Source: a virus
Taxonomy: Duplodnaviria > Caudoviricetes
Virus record (IMG/VR): IMGVR_UViG_3300022074_000051
Location: 1-55,034 of that record
DNA length: 55,034 nt
Direction: 5' to 3' (one strand)
A program made the translations under genes and the position numbers. Below the pieces are notes generated by a model. It had not been told where the DNA came from. It saw only the letters and a list, made by a program, of their open reading frames with translations, and did no database searches. Within the stretch, counting starts at the first letter, position 1. The number at the start of each line of letters is the position of its first letter. Positions 1 through 9,182 of the stretch are shown in pieces.

Positions 1-1741
1 CAGCAGCACCAGCACCTTGCCCGGTTTGTTGTAGGCCTTGATTCATATCTTTCCCACTATTTTTAACGCTTTTACCAGCCATTTTACTTGTGCCACTGAG
101 TGCTGTGAATATAGTCGACAAACCGCTAAATATTGTTACAAGTTTAGTTCCAACAAAGCCGATTAAAGTGAGGACACCAATAACAGTGACCCCATTTGGA
201 CCAAGCGCACTCAACCCAGCTGAAAATAGGTCAATTAGGCCAACTAGAGCATCGATTGCTCCATTTACCGTTTCTGAGTTGGCTGCGATTTTTGCTAAAG
301 CTTCAGTTAGTTTTTCCTGTATTGGAACAGTAGCTCTTATTGCATCATTATACTTGTTTTGTCTTATCTCAGCGGCTTTCGCATCAGCAGCTTGTTGGCG
401 ATAAGCTCCCAAGGACATTCCAAATATCCTATTTGCCTCTGCCATATCGCTGATACCGGCAGCTTGAGCGATGGCTTTTTGAGTAAAGCGGTCCATTTCT
501 CTGAACGCCACTCCCTGTCCATTAACGGTCTTTATAAGTGTCTCTATCCTCTGATCTTCTGTCATCATAAGCATTTCAGTTGCGGACATTGTCGACCCTA
601 ATATTGAGTTCAATTTGCCTGCTGCATCGGCAGCATCGGAAAAAGTATCAAACTTACCGGCTATAGATAACAAGGTGTCAACAGATGTACCAGCGTTACG
701 AGCAGCAACAGCTAAGCCCTTGAATACGTCAATCGATTTCTTACCATGCACAGCTAACACTGATGAGGCTTTTCTAAAACTCTCAGCCATCATTTTAGGC
801 CCAATCCCTAGTTCGGTTGCTGACATCGCTATTTGTTTTGTCATCTCAGCGGCTTCATCAGCGTTTACACCAAGCACAGCATTTAGGTCATTAATTATAC
901 CGACTGCAAGCTCTGCTTCAATGCCAAAACGCTTGAGTTGTCCCACTTGCATTGTTAGGTTCTCTATAGAAGTATCAGACTCGTTATTAAACCCTATAAG
1001 GCCCTGCTGAAGTGCGGTAAATGCCTCACTTGCTATTTGGCCATTTATACCGAAGTCAAGACTATTTCTAGCCACTGATGCCATTTGAGAATCAAATTTT
1101 TCACCAGTTCCGGCAAGAGATGAAAATGAAGATTGTAATTTGTCAATTTGTATAACAGCCATTACAGTTGCCGCAACTATTCCTTCAAGGATACTACCCA
1201 ATATGTTACCGGGTGAGAACGTTTTGACTAAAGAATCTTTAAATGCATTTTGATGCTTTTCACTAGTTTTTAGCAAAGTTGCCTGCTCTTTAAACTTATT
1301 AACAGACTTGTTTAAAGCAGAGTTTCCAATGCCGATTTTAGCAGCAATCCCGCCAAGCATTGAATCATATTCGTTGGCTAAATCATTATGCTCTTGTTGT
1401 AGTTTGTTCCTTTCTTTGGCAATTTCAACCATTTCTGCTGCGCGATCATTTGATTTTTCTATTCTATCTATCTGTTCGTCTGTCAGACCAGCCTGCTCTC
1501 TAAGCTGTTGAATTAAAGCTTCCTGAAGCTCTCCCTGTTGGTTTAGGGCCGCTGCTTCGGTTTCTGAAAGTGCTATAAGTGCATCTCCGGCTCTTTGGGT
1601 TTCTTCCAGCATAGCCCTTCTGGCATCACCGGCAATTTTAATTGCATTCAGTTCTGCATCTGACATACGCGCCTGATCATCGGCGATGTCTTTTAATATC
1701 TGTTTTAATTCTTTTGCACTTTTTATTTTTTCTTGACTCAT
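1..1741 (-). CDS. Tape measure protein, N-terminal part (runs off window start)
   Basis: Not in the ORF track because its stop lies outside the window. ATG at 1739-1741 reads MSQEKIKSAKELKQILKDIADDQARMSDAELNAIKIAGDARRAMLEETQRA..., which is helical and Ala/Gln/Lys-rich. It lies downstream of the sheath, tube and chaperone genes. Confidence 0.75.
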   Translation of the reverse strand, partial: MSQEKIKSAKELKQILKDIADDQARMSDAELNAIKIAGDARRAMLEETQRAGDALIALSETEAAALNQQGELQEALIQQLREQAGLTDEQIDRIEKSNDRAAEMVEIAKERNKLQQEHNDLANEYDSMLGGIAAKIGIGNSALNKSVNKFKEQATLLKTSEKHQNAFKDSLVKTFSPGNILGSILEGIVAATVMAVIQIDKLQSSFSSLAGTGEKFDSQMASVARNSLDFGINGQIASEAFTALQQGLIGFNNESDTSIENLTMQVGQLKRFGIEAELAVGIINDLNAVLGVNADEAAEMTKQIAMSATELGIGPKMMAESFRKASSVLAVHGKKSIDVFKGLAVAARNAGTSVDTLLSIAGKFDTFSDAADAAGKLNSILGSTMSATEMLMMTEDQRIETLIKTVNGQGVAFREMDRFTQKAIAQAAGISDMAEANRIFGMSLGAYRQQAADAKAAEIRQNKYNDAIRATVPIQEKLTEALAKIAANSETVNGAIDALVGLIDLFSAGLSALGPNGVTVIGVLTLIGFVGTKLVTIFSGLSTIFTALSGTSKMAGKSVKNSGKDMNQGLQQTGQGAGAA

Positions 1742-1751
1742 ACATTAGGTC

Positions 1752-2123
1752 TCAATCTTTAAATGGCCATTTTATGCCTGTGACTTGTTCAAAGTTCCTC
1801 ACAGCATTGTCCAATATTTGCTTTTGTTTTTTTGCTTGAAAATGATCTTCTCCAAACTTCATAAAGACATCTAAATACTCTTTTTCTGCGAACAACGCTC
1901 TTGCGTATGCTTGAACATCTTTGTGCTCACCACGTATCACAAACTTGAGGCTGTTGTCTGCACCTTCTTCATCTTCTTTAAGATTCTTGTGAACAGTAGC
2001 ATCCGCTGTGACTGTTACGTCCTTACCATAGATATATCTAAGTAACGTCTTGTTCCACTCTCCAAAAGCAGACAGCCAGTTTGCTTCCATCAATAGGCGT
2101 TTTTTTGTAAAATCTATTTTCAT
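1752..2123 (-). CDS. Hypothetical phage protein (123 aa)
   Basis: ORF with a GAGGGA SD and an upstream ACTATTTA motif, between the chaperones and the tape measure gene. Confidence 0.7.
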   Translation of the reverse strand: MKIDFTKKRLLMEANWLSAFGEWNKTLLRYIYGKDVTVTADATVHKNLKEDEEGADNSLKFVIRGEHKDVQAYARALFAEKEYLDVFMKFGEDHFQAKKQKQILDNAVRNFEQVTGIKWPFKD

Positions 2124-2142
2124 TATTAGTCCCTCGGTACAG

Positions 2143-2150
2143 TAAATAGT
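2143..2150 (-). promoter_or_regulatory. Candidate late promoter ACTATTTA
   Basis: Recurrent motif about 20 nt upstream of the 2123 start, just after a terminator. Confidence 0.65.
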
Positions 2151-2154
2151 TTAT

Positions 2155-2181
2155 AAACAGAAACCCGAAGTTATCTTCGGG
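2155..2181 (-). terminator. Intrinsic terminator
   Basis: CCCGAAG-ATAA-CTTCGGG hairpin followed by TTTCTGTTT. Confidence 0.7.
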
Positions 2182-2375
2182 CTTTTGATTTTTTCATCTC
2201 TTCATCATGGTGCTTCTTTTTTTCTTCAAAATGTTTTACCATACGATTGAAGAACCAATATCTCAAACCAACTGGTAAGCTATAAGCTTCAGAAAACGAC
2301 CAATTTCCATGCTGGATCAGGTTGAACATTTGTTCATACACTTGTTCCATATAGTTATCTGTCAGGCCAAAAAAA
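2171..2375 (-). CDS. Second tail/baseplate-hub assembly chaperone ORF (gp51/gpT-like), possibly a frameshift extension of the upstream ORF
   Basis: YEQMFNLIQHGNWSFSEAYSLPVGLRYWF resembles the short second chaperone ORF. It overlaps the upstream ORF end at a T7 run; an in-frame ATG at 2350 lacks a clear SD. Confidence 0.65.
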
Positions 2376-3191
2376 GTCTGCCCCAAAGGGCACCTCCAAT
2401 TCCTGACTATGTCCACAGGAAAAACAGGCAAATTGTTCTTTTATTTCTACATTAGGGCTGACTGACTTGTAAACCTCTCTAAGTGCTTTTGAATCTTCAA
2501 TAGGTATCATATCAACAAACTTGCTCAACAAAGCCGGACTTGTTTCTCCCTGTGCTGATACAATCATCATTTTATATTGATCAGTTACTAGGCTACTTTC
2601 TACTTTATTTTTCTCAATTAAAGTGGCCTTTTTAATCATTTGTTTCTCATCTTTACTAGTTAAAAGCCTAATTTCAAGCTCCACTTTCGATGCAGGCAAA
2701 ACAAATACGTAGTTGCCTTTTTCATTCATAGAGACACCTTCTGGAAGCTCTCCCTCTTTGTAGCACTTGTCGTTCAGATCGAATGTCATTTCGTTTTTCT
2801 TCCCACAAGCAGGACAATTCAAGCCTGTTTCATAAAGATTTCCATAACCAGATACTCTCGTGTCAATAATTATCGCGTTCTTGTCGCCTATCAAAAGACT
2901 ATCAACAGGAAACTGCTTATCCATCAAGACATTTTCTAAAAATCTGTCAATGGCTATTCCTTTTTTCAGGAGATGCTGGGAGCTTAGTATATCTTCATCC
3001 TTAGCTGTCATATACCGTACTTCTACTGTTTCCTGATCTTTTAAAGGGTGGCCTTCAGGATACCCTTTTCCCTTTGATGGAAGAACCACGAACTGTGTTG
3101 GTGATACAAAGTCTAATAGACTCTTCTTTTGTTCTTCCTGTGGTTGTGGGACATTTGGGGCTCCCATTCGACCCTCGTTTCTATTTGTCAA
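2355..3191 (-). CDS. T4 gp26-like baseplate hub/tail assembly chaperone
   Basis: VVLPSKGKGYP...VRYMTAKDEDIL, LLIGDKNAII, two CxxC pairs and a terminal FFWP; located after the tail tube genes. Confidence 0.75.
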   Translation of the reverse strand: MTNRNEGRMGAPNVPQPQEEQKKSLLDFVSPTQFVVLPSKGKGYPEGHPLKDQETVEVRYMTAKDEDILSSQHLLKKGIAIDRFLENVLMDKQFPVDSLLIGDKNAIIIDTRVSGYGNLYETGLNCPACGKKNEMTFDLNDKCYKEGELPEGVSMNEKGNYVFVLPASKVELEIRLLTSKDEKQMIKKATLIEKNKVESSLVTDQYKMMIVSAQGETSPALLSKFVDMIPIEDSKALREVYKSVSPNVEIKEQFACFSCGHSQELEVPFGADFFWPDR

Positions 3192-3210
3192 AGTTACCTC
3201 TCTTGTTGTT

Positions 3211-3894
3211 TTATTGTGTTTCTAAACTCAATTTTTGCAAATACGCGTTTTTAAATATAAAAGTTATATTTATTGTGTTTATTTCGTCACTTGATGCGTC
3301 TAGGTCTCCCCAATCGCAAGCTACTATTTGTGGGTTCTGTAATACCCACTCTTCACCGAGAATATCTGGTGCTATTCGAGTCCCAGTGCCATCATCTACG
3401 ACTCTAGTTCTGTTTGAGTGTAGAAACTTCTGTATTCTGATATCGCCTAGTTTTCTGCCGTACTTACTATCAGCTCCGGTTCTTTGTATTCCTCCCGCTG
3501 TCTTGTATTTTATACCATCACCAGTAAGCCACTGGTTTTCTCTTTCTATGTCTAATAGCCCTCCATGAATCAGGGCTCCAGCCGTTGGGGTTTTCATTCC
3601 AACCAGCGATGATAACGTAAGCATGCCCACCGATACCTCTAGGCCCTCGGTTCCGACACCACCAACTATATATTTAGCGTGATCATACAATTGAACACTA
3701 ATTGGTTGCCACTGAGCCGTTGCTTGAGAGTTGATGTATTGGTTACCCGCAAGATCTCTATCGTAAGTTATATCAAATTTTGGAAGATCAGCAGTTTTTG
3801 CATACCAAACAATCTGATTGCTTGGATCATCCCCAATGATTAAACGAAATCTGTGCTTTTGTTGGGGTTTGTAATTGTTTGTCCAAAAACTCAT
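3211..3894 (-). CDS. Tail tube-like paralogue (gp19 fold; possibly tube initiator)
   Basis: Shares FWT..PxxKxRF, WYAK, W.pisv.l.D, EEW.L.N and wGDLD.SS.e...I.ITF motifs with the adjacent tube gene. Confidence 0.7.
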   Translation of the reverse strand: MSFWTNNYKPQQKHRFRLIIGDDPSNQIVWYAKTADLPKFDITYDRDLAGNQYINSQATAQWQPISVQLYDHAKYIVGGVGTEGLEVSVGMLTLSSLVGMKTPTAGALIHGGLLDIERENQWLTGDGIKYKTAGGIQRTGADSKYGRKLGDIRIQKFLHSNRTRVVDDGTGTRIAPDILGEEWVLQNPQIVACDWGDLDASSDEINTINITFIFKNAYLQKLSLETQ

Positions 3895-3904
3895 TTATCC
3901 TCTA

Positions 3905-4450
3905 TTATGATTGAGTAAAGTAGTTGTTTCCTTCTACGTTACAAGATGCCCAGTCATACTTAAATGTGATTTCAATTTCTCTCATATCTTCAGATGAGTA
4001 ATCAAAATCTCCAAATTTAACAGCGGATATGAATGCATTGTTAAGGGTCCACTCTTCAAGTATTTCGTTTCCGTCTTGGCTCAAAGCTTCTAGGATAATA
4101 TTTCCGTTGTTGTTTACCAAGTCAGACTTTGCGAAAGAATCGAAGTCCGTTCCATCAGCCAAACCGCCTCCGGTTGGTATCTTATAACCGGCAAGGTTTA
4201 TAAGGCTAAGTGTCTTGTTAACGATGTCATCATCACCTGCTGGGTCAACCAGAACTACCGAAACGTCATTCCACTTGATTTTACCAGGGTAATGAAAGAC
4301 GTGATCACTGAAGTGGTGTTCAATCGAGCTTATCTCGAATGAAGGTGCAGTAATTGACTTCGCATACCAAGCTGTCTCAGCTGAGAACAGACGTACTCTA
4401 AATCTAAATTTTCTCTTTGGTTCTGCATTTGAATCTGTCCAAAAGGCCAT
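3905..4450 (-). CDS. gp19: Tail tube protein
   Basis: EPKRKFRF, YPGKIKWNDV, EEWTLNNAF, FGDFDYSS, ITFKYDW; 181 aa; directly after the sheath gene. Confidence 0.88.
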   Translation of the reverse strand: MAFWTDSNAEPKRKFRFRVRLFSAETAWYAKSITAPSFEISSIEHHFSDHVFHYPGKIKWNDVSVVLVDPAGDDDIVNKTLSLINLAGYKIPTGGGLADGTDFDSFAKSDLVNNNGNIILEALSQDGNEILEEWTLNNAFISAVKFGDFDYSSEDMREIEITFKYDWASCNVEGNNYFTQS

Positions 4451-4474
4451 GATATTAATCTCCTGTATTTATCA

Positions 4475-4482
4475 TAAATAGT
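4475..4482 (-). promoter_or_regulatory. Candidate late promoter ACTATTTA
   Basis: Motif upstream of the tail tube SD (CAGGAG). Confidence 0.65.
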
Positions 4483-4490
4483 TTTTGTTG

Positions 4491-7400
4491 TTAGAATTGA
4501 ACACCGCTTCGCGATATAATGAAATCAACAGCAATAAATTCAACGGCTCTAACAGGCTTGATGAATATCTTAGCGTATATGATGTTTCTGTCAACATAGT
4601 CAGCTGTGGTAGTGCTATCGTCAAGAACCAATCTGTACTCGCTAATTCCAAGTCTAGCTTGTGTATCAGCAAGGATGGCATTTGCTTGGAATCTAAATCT
4701 GTTCCAAGTTGTTCTTACATTCTGGTCAAACAGAATGGTATCAGCAATAAGTCCGATTCTGTACTTAAGATAGATAAGAAGTCTTCTGACATTGATTCTA
4801 TCTAAAGCAGATGCGTTCTGTTGTAGGGTCTTTTGTCCAAACACAACAATCTGATTCAAGCTTGGGAATCTTGCGATTGGGTTAATGTTTGCTTCGTACA
4901 ATCTATCTCGATCGGTCTTGGTTAAGTGTTCCCAAGTTCCGTTTACAATCGGTCCTGCTGGGCCACCAAGTTCATTGATGCCACCACGGTTGAAGCCTGC
5001 TGGCGCAAACCATAGTTCTGATAGTCCTTGTGACTTTGCAAGGGCTCCGATGGCCGCAACAGATGGAGGTGCGTACAATACGTCATTCTGTCCACCTACA
5101 CGGTCTCTGAGTCTAACCCAAGGATAGTAAGCTGCAACATAAGAGTTGTTGATAAGTCGTCCTTCAAGATTGGTGATAGTTGTATTTAAACTACCTGCAT
5201 TGACAACACCATTGTTTTCGTAGCCTGGCTGATGTCCGTTTGGAAGATCGATAATACCCAAGAAGTCCTGTCGTTTGCTAGCCAAAGATATAATCTCATC
5301 AGTTACATCTGTGTTTGTTATACCGGGAATAGCTAACACACTGTACTTAGTACTCTCTGCGTCTTCAATAGTTTCAAGAGCCTTGAAGATAGAGTTGTAT
5401 TCGTAGGAGCCTAAACGGTTCTTGTCGGTTAAGTTCTTGTTTGAGAATGGTTCAACCTCTGTCAAGTCGAGTCCGTTATGTCCTCCAAAGAATGGCGCAC
5501 GATACTGGCGAACTTTCTTCTGGAATAATGTATTAAGGCCAAGCTCAGCTGATATTGATCTCTGTGCTGAGGCTGCATTATCGTATGAACCCGATGAAAC
5601 AAAGAATTCGTTTGTAGTGTTACTTCCAGACATGATATCGTCCATTGTGAAAATGAACTGGTATTCTAGAGCATCTGGTAGTGAGGCACCTTCAGCCAAA
5701 TGATGTGTCAATGTAACAGAAGCATTTGAAGGAAGGACTCTAACGAGATCGTTATAACTATCATCTCTTCTTATCGATTGTCCTCTGTGGTGTCTTACAC
5801 CAAAGATTTGAGTTGGAGGGTAGTTCTTTCCGGTTGAGTTTGAGTTTTCGTCTGTAAGTCTCAAGCTTGGGAAGTTCAACGAACCGGTGAACAAAGGAGG
5901 ACAAGAAGCAAAGTTGTTGGCATCTCCTCCAAAGCACGGAACAGATGCATTTGCTACAACAAATGGGTGAGCAAAAAGACTTTCATCAGCACCAGAAGTC
6001 CTTGTACTTCCGGAAGCAGCAAGTCCAAAGGTAATGTCCCCAGCTGAAATTGCTCCAAAGTTATCAGTAGTTGCTCTGGCGATGTCAGATCTCATTATAA
6101 CAGTAACCTCTGGTGCGTTTTTAGTCAAATTTACTTCTGCGTTGTAACCGCTTACACTGTTTAAAAGTGTTGCCAAAGCATCCGCAAAAGAACCTGAAGT
6201 GTTTGCACCGGCAAAACCACCAGCGCCTGTTTTCATATTAGCTACTCCGGTTGTAAATGAAGTAGCAGTAGTGGTACCATCAGCTCCACTGACAGCTAGA
6301 AGCAGGCTGCCGTTTGAGCCTGTGATCCCTAGGACTTCGCCGTTTGCCATGGTACCATTTATTCTAAGCTCTAGCGTGGCAGCTTGTCCGGCAACTTGCT
6401 CATGTTCAGCCAATACACCGGATCGACCATCAATTACTTTAACATTCTTAGGCTTAAGAGGGCCGACAAAACCAACGGGTAATGCGTGTCTATCTTGGAG
6501 TTGCTGATTCTTAACAGCATCAGTTACTTCAATATAGATGTAATCAGAGGTGTTTGCATATTCACCTCGAACATTGTACTTAAGGTTTGTAGCGTCCCAC
6601 TCTAGGTATTGATCACCAATCACTTTAGCAATATAATTTTCAGAGCTTGGGTCTAAGTTAAGGTTAGAGTATTGTTCTACAACCGTTCCATTGCTTTCAA
6701 CTATCTCAAGTGTAAATGTTGAGTTTGGCTCGACAACGTTACCAAGGCTGAGATCTTTAATAACAACATCATAGTTGTTCTGTAGCCACTCTCCGTCATG
6801 CAACGCTGCACATCGGAACAATTTCTCTTGAGCTGGTTTTCTGTTTAAGAACCATCCGGTCTTTGCTGGCTTCATGTCTTTAAAGTGATCTGCGTAATTT
6901 AGTGAACCACTATCAAGAGCAACCAACATCGCATACTGGGAACCGGCAGTTGTGGCCGTTCCAGCAACAGATCTAACTGCTTCTTCGTAAGACTCACCTA
7001 GGAAGTAATTCTTGTTAGTGAGTCCAAAGTTCTTGTTAGCTTGCAGTAGCTGAGGATTGGTGCTGAACACGTCCCTGATGTACTCTGATGAGCCTGGTGT
7101 AAAGTTGAATGTAAATTCTTCAGTAGGTGTGTCAAGTGTGTCGCTTGAAGCAATATTGTTGCTAGTAAACAAGGACATTTTGAATCTCGCAACTCCACCC
7201 TCTAAAGAGTTTATCAAAGTACCAGCCGAAGCTGTACCGGCAGTAGCTCCCGGTGCCGCCACAGTTGTACCAGACAGAGCCAGAGCAGCTCCGGTTACAT
7301 AAAAGATAGCAGCGAGAGAACCGGTTGAGTTCGTCGCGGAAGATCCTGTCGCCGGAAATACAAATAGGCCGTAAGCTGACGCATTACTAAGCGGAAGCTT

Positions 7401-7793
7401 GTTCGGGTTAGCAGCGTTGTCAACAGACCACCCAGCAAGTTCTGAGTTTGCATCAGCAGCAGAGTTAGCCTCTCCAAGAAGACGCACAAAGGTAACAGGT
7501 GTTGTCTGTGAGGCAAGGTGTGCTTGAGCAGCGTATACACCATAGGTTGGACCTAGGAGGTTACCGTTTCTCCAGATGTCGTTATCACGAGCACCTTTAC
7601 CGGAAATTCCTTTTCCAAATATTTCGTTGAAGTCGTCAAGTGTCTTCACTTTAATTGGCTTCATTGCGGGTCCGCTGAGCGAACGACCAATGATAATTGG
7701 TCCTAAGTCGTCACTAACGACTGCTGGTAGTTGTGATTCATCGACCTCGTTCAATAGAACTCCGGGAGAAACAAAATCAAATCTTGTAGGCAT
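4491..7793 (-). CDS. gp18: Tail sheath protein (1100 aa, with insertions)
   Basis: N-terminal FVSPGVLLNEVD; C-terminal WFAPAGFNRG, LYEANINPI, FGQKTLQ, SALDRINVRRLL, IKPVRAVEFI. Confidence 0.95.
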   Translation of the reverse strand: MPTRFDFVSPGVLLNEVDESQLPAVVSDDLGPIIIGRSLSGPAMKPIKVKTLDDFNEIFGKGISGKGARDNDIWRNGNLLGPTYGVYAAQAHLASQTTPVTFVRLLGEANSAADANSELAGWSVDNAANPNKLPLSNASAYGLFVFPATGSSATNSTGSLAAIFYVTGAALALSGTTVAAPGATAGTASAGTLINSLEGGVARFKMSLFTSNNIASSDTLDTPTEEFTFNFTPGSSEYIRDVFSTNPQLLQANKNFGLTNKNYFLGESYEEAVRSVAGTATTAGSQYAMLVALDSGSLNYADHFKDMKPAKTGWFLNRKPAQEKLFRCAALHDGEWLQNNYDVVIKDLSLGNVVEPNSTFTLEIVESNGTVVEQYSNLNLDPSSENYIAKVIGDQYLEWDATNLKYNVRGEYANTSDYIYIEVTDAVKNQQLQDRHALPVGFVGPLKPKNVKVIDGRSGVLAEHEQVAGQAATLELRINGTMANGEVLGITGSNGSLLLAVSGADGTTTATSFTTGVANMKTGAGGFAGANTSGSFADALATLLNSVSGYNAEVNLTKNAPEVTVIMRSDIARATTDNFGAISAGDITFGLAASGSTRTSGADESLFAHPFVVANASVPCFGGDANNFASCPPLFTGSLNFPSLRLTDENSNSTGKNYPPTQIFGVRHHRGQSIRRDDSYNDLVRVLPSNASVTLTHHLAEGASLPDALEYQFIFTMDDIMSGSNTTNEFFVSSGSYDNAASAQRSISAELGLNTLFQKKVRQYRAPFFGGHNGLDLTEVEPFSNKNLTDKNRLGSYEYNSIFKALETIEDAESTKYSVLAIPGITNTDVTDEIISLASKRQDFLGIIDLPNGHQPGYENNGVVNAGSLNTTITNLEGRLINNSYVAAYYPWVRLRDRVGGQNDVLYAPPSVAAIGALAKSQGLSELWFAPAGFNRGGINELGGPAGPIVNGTWEHLTKTDRDRLYEANINPIARFPSLNQIVVFGQKTLQQNASALDRINVRRLLIYLKYRIGLIADTILFDQNVRTTWNRFRFQANAILADTQARLGISEYRLVLDDSTTTADYVDRNIIYAKIFIKPVRAVEFIAVDFIISRSGVQF

Positions 7794-7826
7794 TAAAAAC
7801 TCTCCTTATTAATACTTTATCTCTTA

Positions 7827-7846
7827 TAAATAGTAGTGTAAATAGG
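7827..7846 (-). promoter_or_regulatory. Tandem candidate late promoters (CTATTTA x2)
   Basis: TAAATAGT at 7827 and TAAATAGG at 7839 on the + strand, upstream of the sheath SD AAGGAG. Confidence 0.6.
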
Positions 7847-7854
7847 CAATCGCT

Positions 7855-8712
7855 CTATTCTCTATAATCCTTGTCCTTCTTTTTCCAAGGCACCTTATCT
7901 CCAACAATTCTTCTTTCGCTGGTAATTCTAACTTTCACTTGGTTCTCTCTTCTGGCAAGGGTGGGTCTTTTTCTAGAATAACCCTCTCCACACAAGTACC
8001 CAAGCACCTTGATGTCAATTTTTGTTTCAAACATTCGTTCTTCTTCTGCTGGATTTGTTGTGTTGTTATTCATTGAAAAATCTTGTTGAATAAACGCTTC
8101 ATACTTATGGCCGTCTTCTTTAAAAATAAAAGAATTAATTTGCCCTGTTGTTGTGATAAATGGTTGAAGCAAATCATTCATCTGCTGTTGATACTCTGTT
8201 CTTAGTGTTACTGAGTATACTATTGTCACATATACAGGTATTGGTGCCTTGAAGGTTTCATATATAACCTGATTGTTTTCATCAAGTTTAAAATTCTGTT
8301 GCTTGTTGTATGTCTTCTGCTGTGCAATTACTGATTGGAAGTTTTGAGTTTTATCTTGCTGAATTCTAGACGCAACAGCCTCGGTTCCTCCCTTGTAATC
8401 ATTTTGCTCGAAATCATTGGCTTGATAGGCTCCTTTGAAGTTTGGATCTTTTTGCATTGAGGACCGATTGATAGTTGCCAATGGCAATATCAACTTTCCA
8501 ACCTTGTCTCTTATTCTAACATCTTTCTTCACCTGCCATACGCGCTCGGACCCAAGCCACAACACAGGTACTTTATAGATACCCTTGTTTGTTTTGGTAT
8601 GCAGATCCAGAGAACCGTTAAGCCAATTGTAAAAACCAGTATCAATCGTCTCAATACTAGATGCTTTAAACTTTATATACTCTTCACTACTCGGCATTGA
8701 ATACTCCATCAC
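7855..8712 (-). CDS. Tail terminator/sheath stabiliser, gp15-like
   Basis: KVPVLW, LILPLATINR, PVYVTIVYSVTLRTEYQQQMNDLLQPF; between the neck and sheath genes. Confidence 0.7.
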   Translation of the reverse strand: MMEYSMPSSEEYIKFKASSIETIDTGFYNWLNGSLDLHTKTNKGIYKVPVLWLGSERVWQVKKDVRIRDKVGKLILPLATINRSSMQKDPNFKGAYQANDFEQNDYKGGTEAVASRIQQDKTQNFQSVIAQQKTYNKQQNFKLDENNQVIYETFKAPIPVYVTIVYSVTLRTEYQQQMNDLLQPFITTTGQINSFIFKEDGHKYEAFIQQDFSMNNNTTNPAEEERMFETKIDIKVLGYLCGEGYSRKRPTLARRENQVKVRITSERRIVGDKVPWKKKDKDYRE

Positions 8713-9178
8713 GTGCTCTTATGCATTCAGCTAAAACTTCAAACTGAACGTCTGCTTGGCCGAACAAATGTTTCGGCTCGTTTAGCTTAACTATCTCGTA
8801 AAATATCTTTCCATACTTTATATAATCTCCTTCACGAACAAAGAGATTTTGATCTTCTGTCAGACGTCGTTTATGAAACATAACTTTTAGTCCTGTTTTT
8901 TTATCAAGCGCCATGTTTTCTAAAAAGCTAGTCTCGACACCTTGATATTCAATTCTTGCAAAAACTCTCACTGGTGGCAAGAAAGTCTTTTCAACTGCTT
9001 CTCCATATATTGGATGAAAATTTGTATGATCAATATCTATTGGGAAATACAATACCTGTTGCCCCACGACCCTCTCAATGATTTCGTCGTTGACTTGTTT
9101 TACCAAATTCTTTTCTTTCTCGCCCAAGAACATCGGCGGCGGCGGAGAATCTAATTTTGACCATTTGTCATCTGACAT
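8687..9178 (-). CDS. Neck/head-closure protein, gp14-like
   Basis: GQQVLYFP..IYGEA..KTF, VREGDYI..YEI; follows the gp13-like gene. Confidence 0.7.
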   Translation of the reverse strand: MSDDKWSKLDSPPPPMFLGEKEKNLVKQVNDEIIERVVGQQVLYFPIDIDHTNFHPIYGEAVEKTFLPPVRVFARIEYQGVETSFLENMALDKKTGLKVMFHKRRLTEDQNLFVREGDYIKYGKIFYEIVKLNEPKHLFGQADVQFEVLAECIRARDGVFNAE

Positions 9179-9182
9179 TTAC

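Noticed and set aside
2376-2431. Track start (TTG, MPVFPV...) for ORF 2171..2431
   Set aside because: It lies inside the gp26-like gene with no SD; frameshift entry or ATG 2350 is more plausible.
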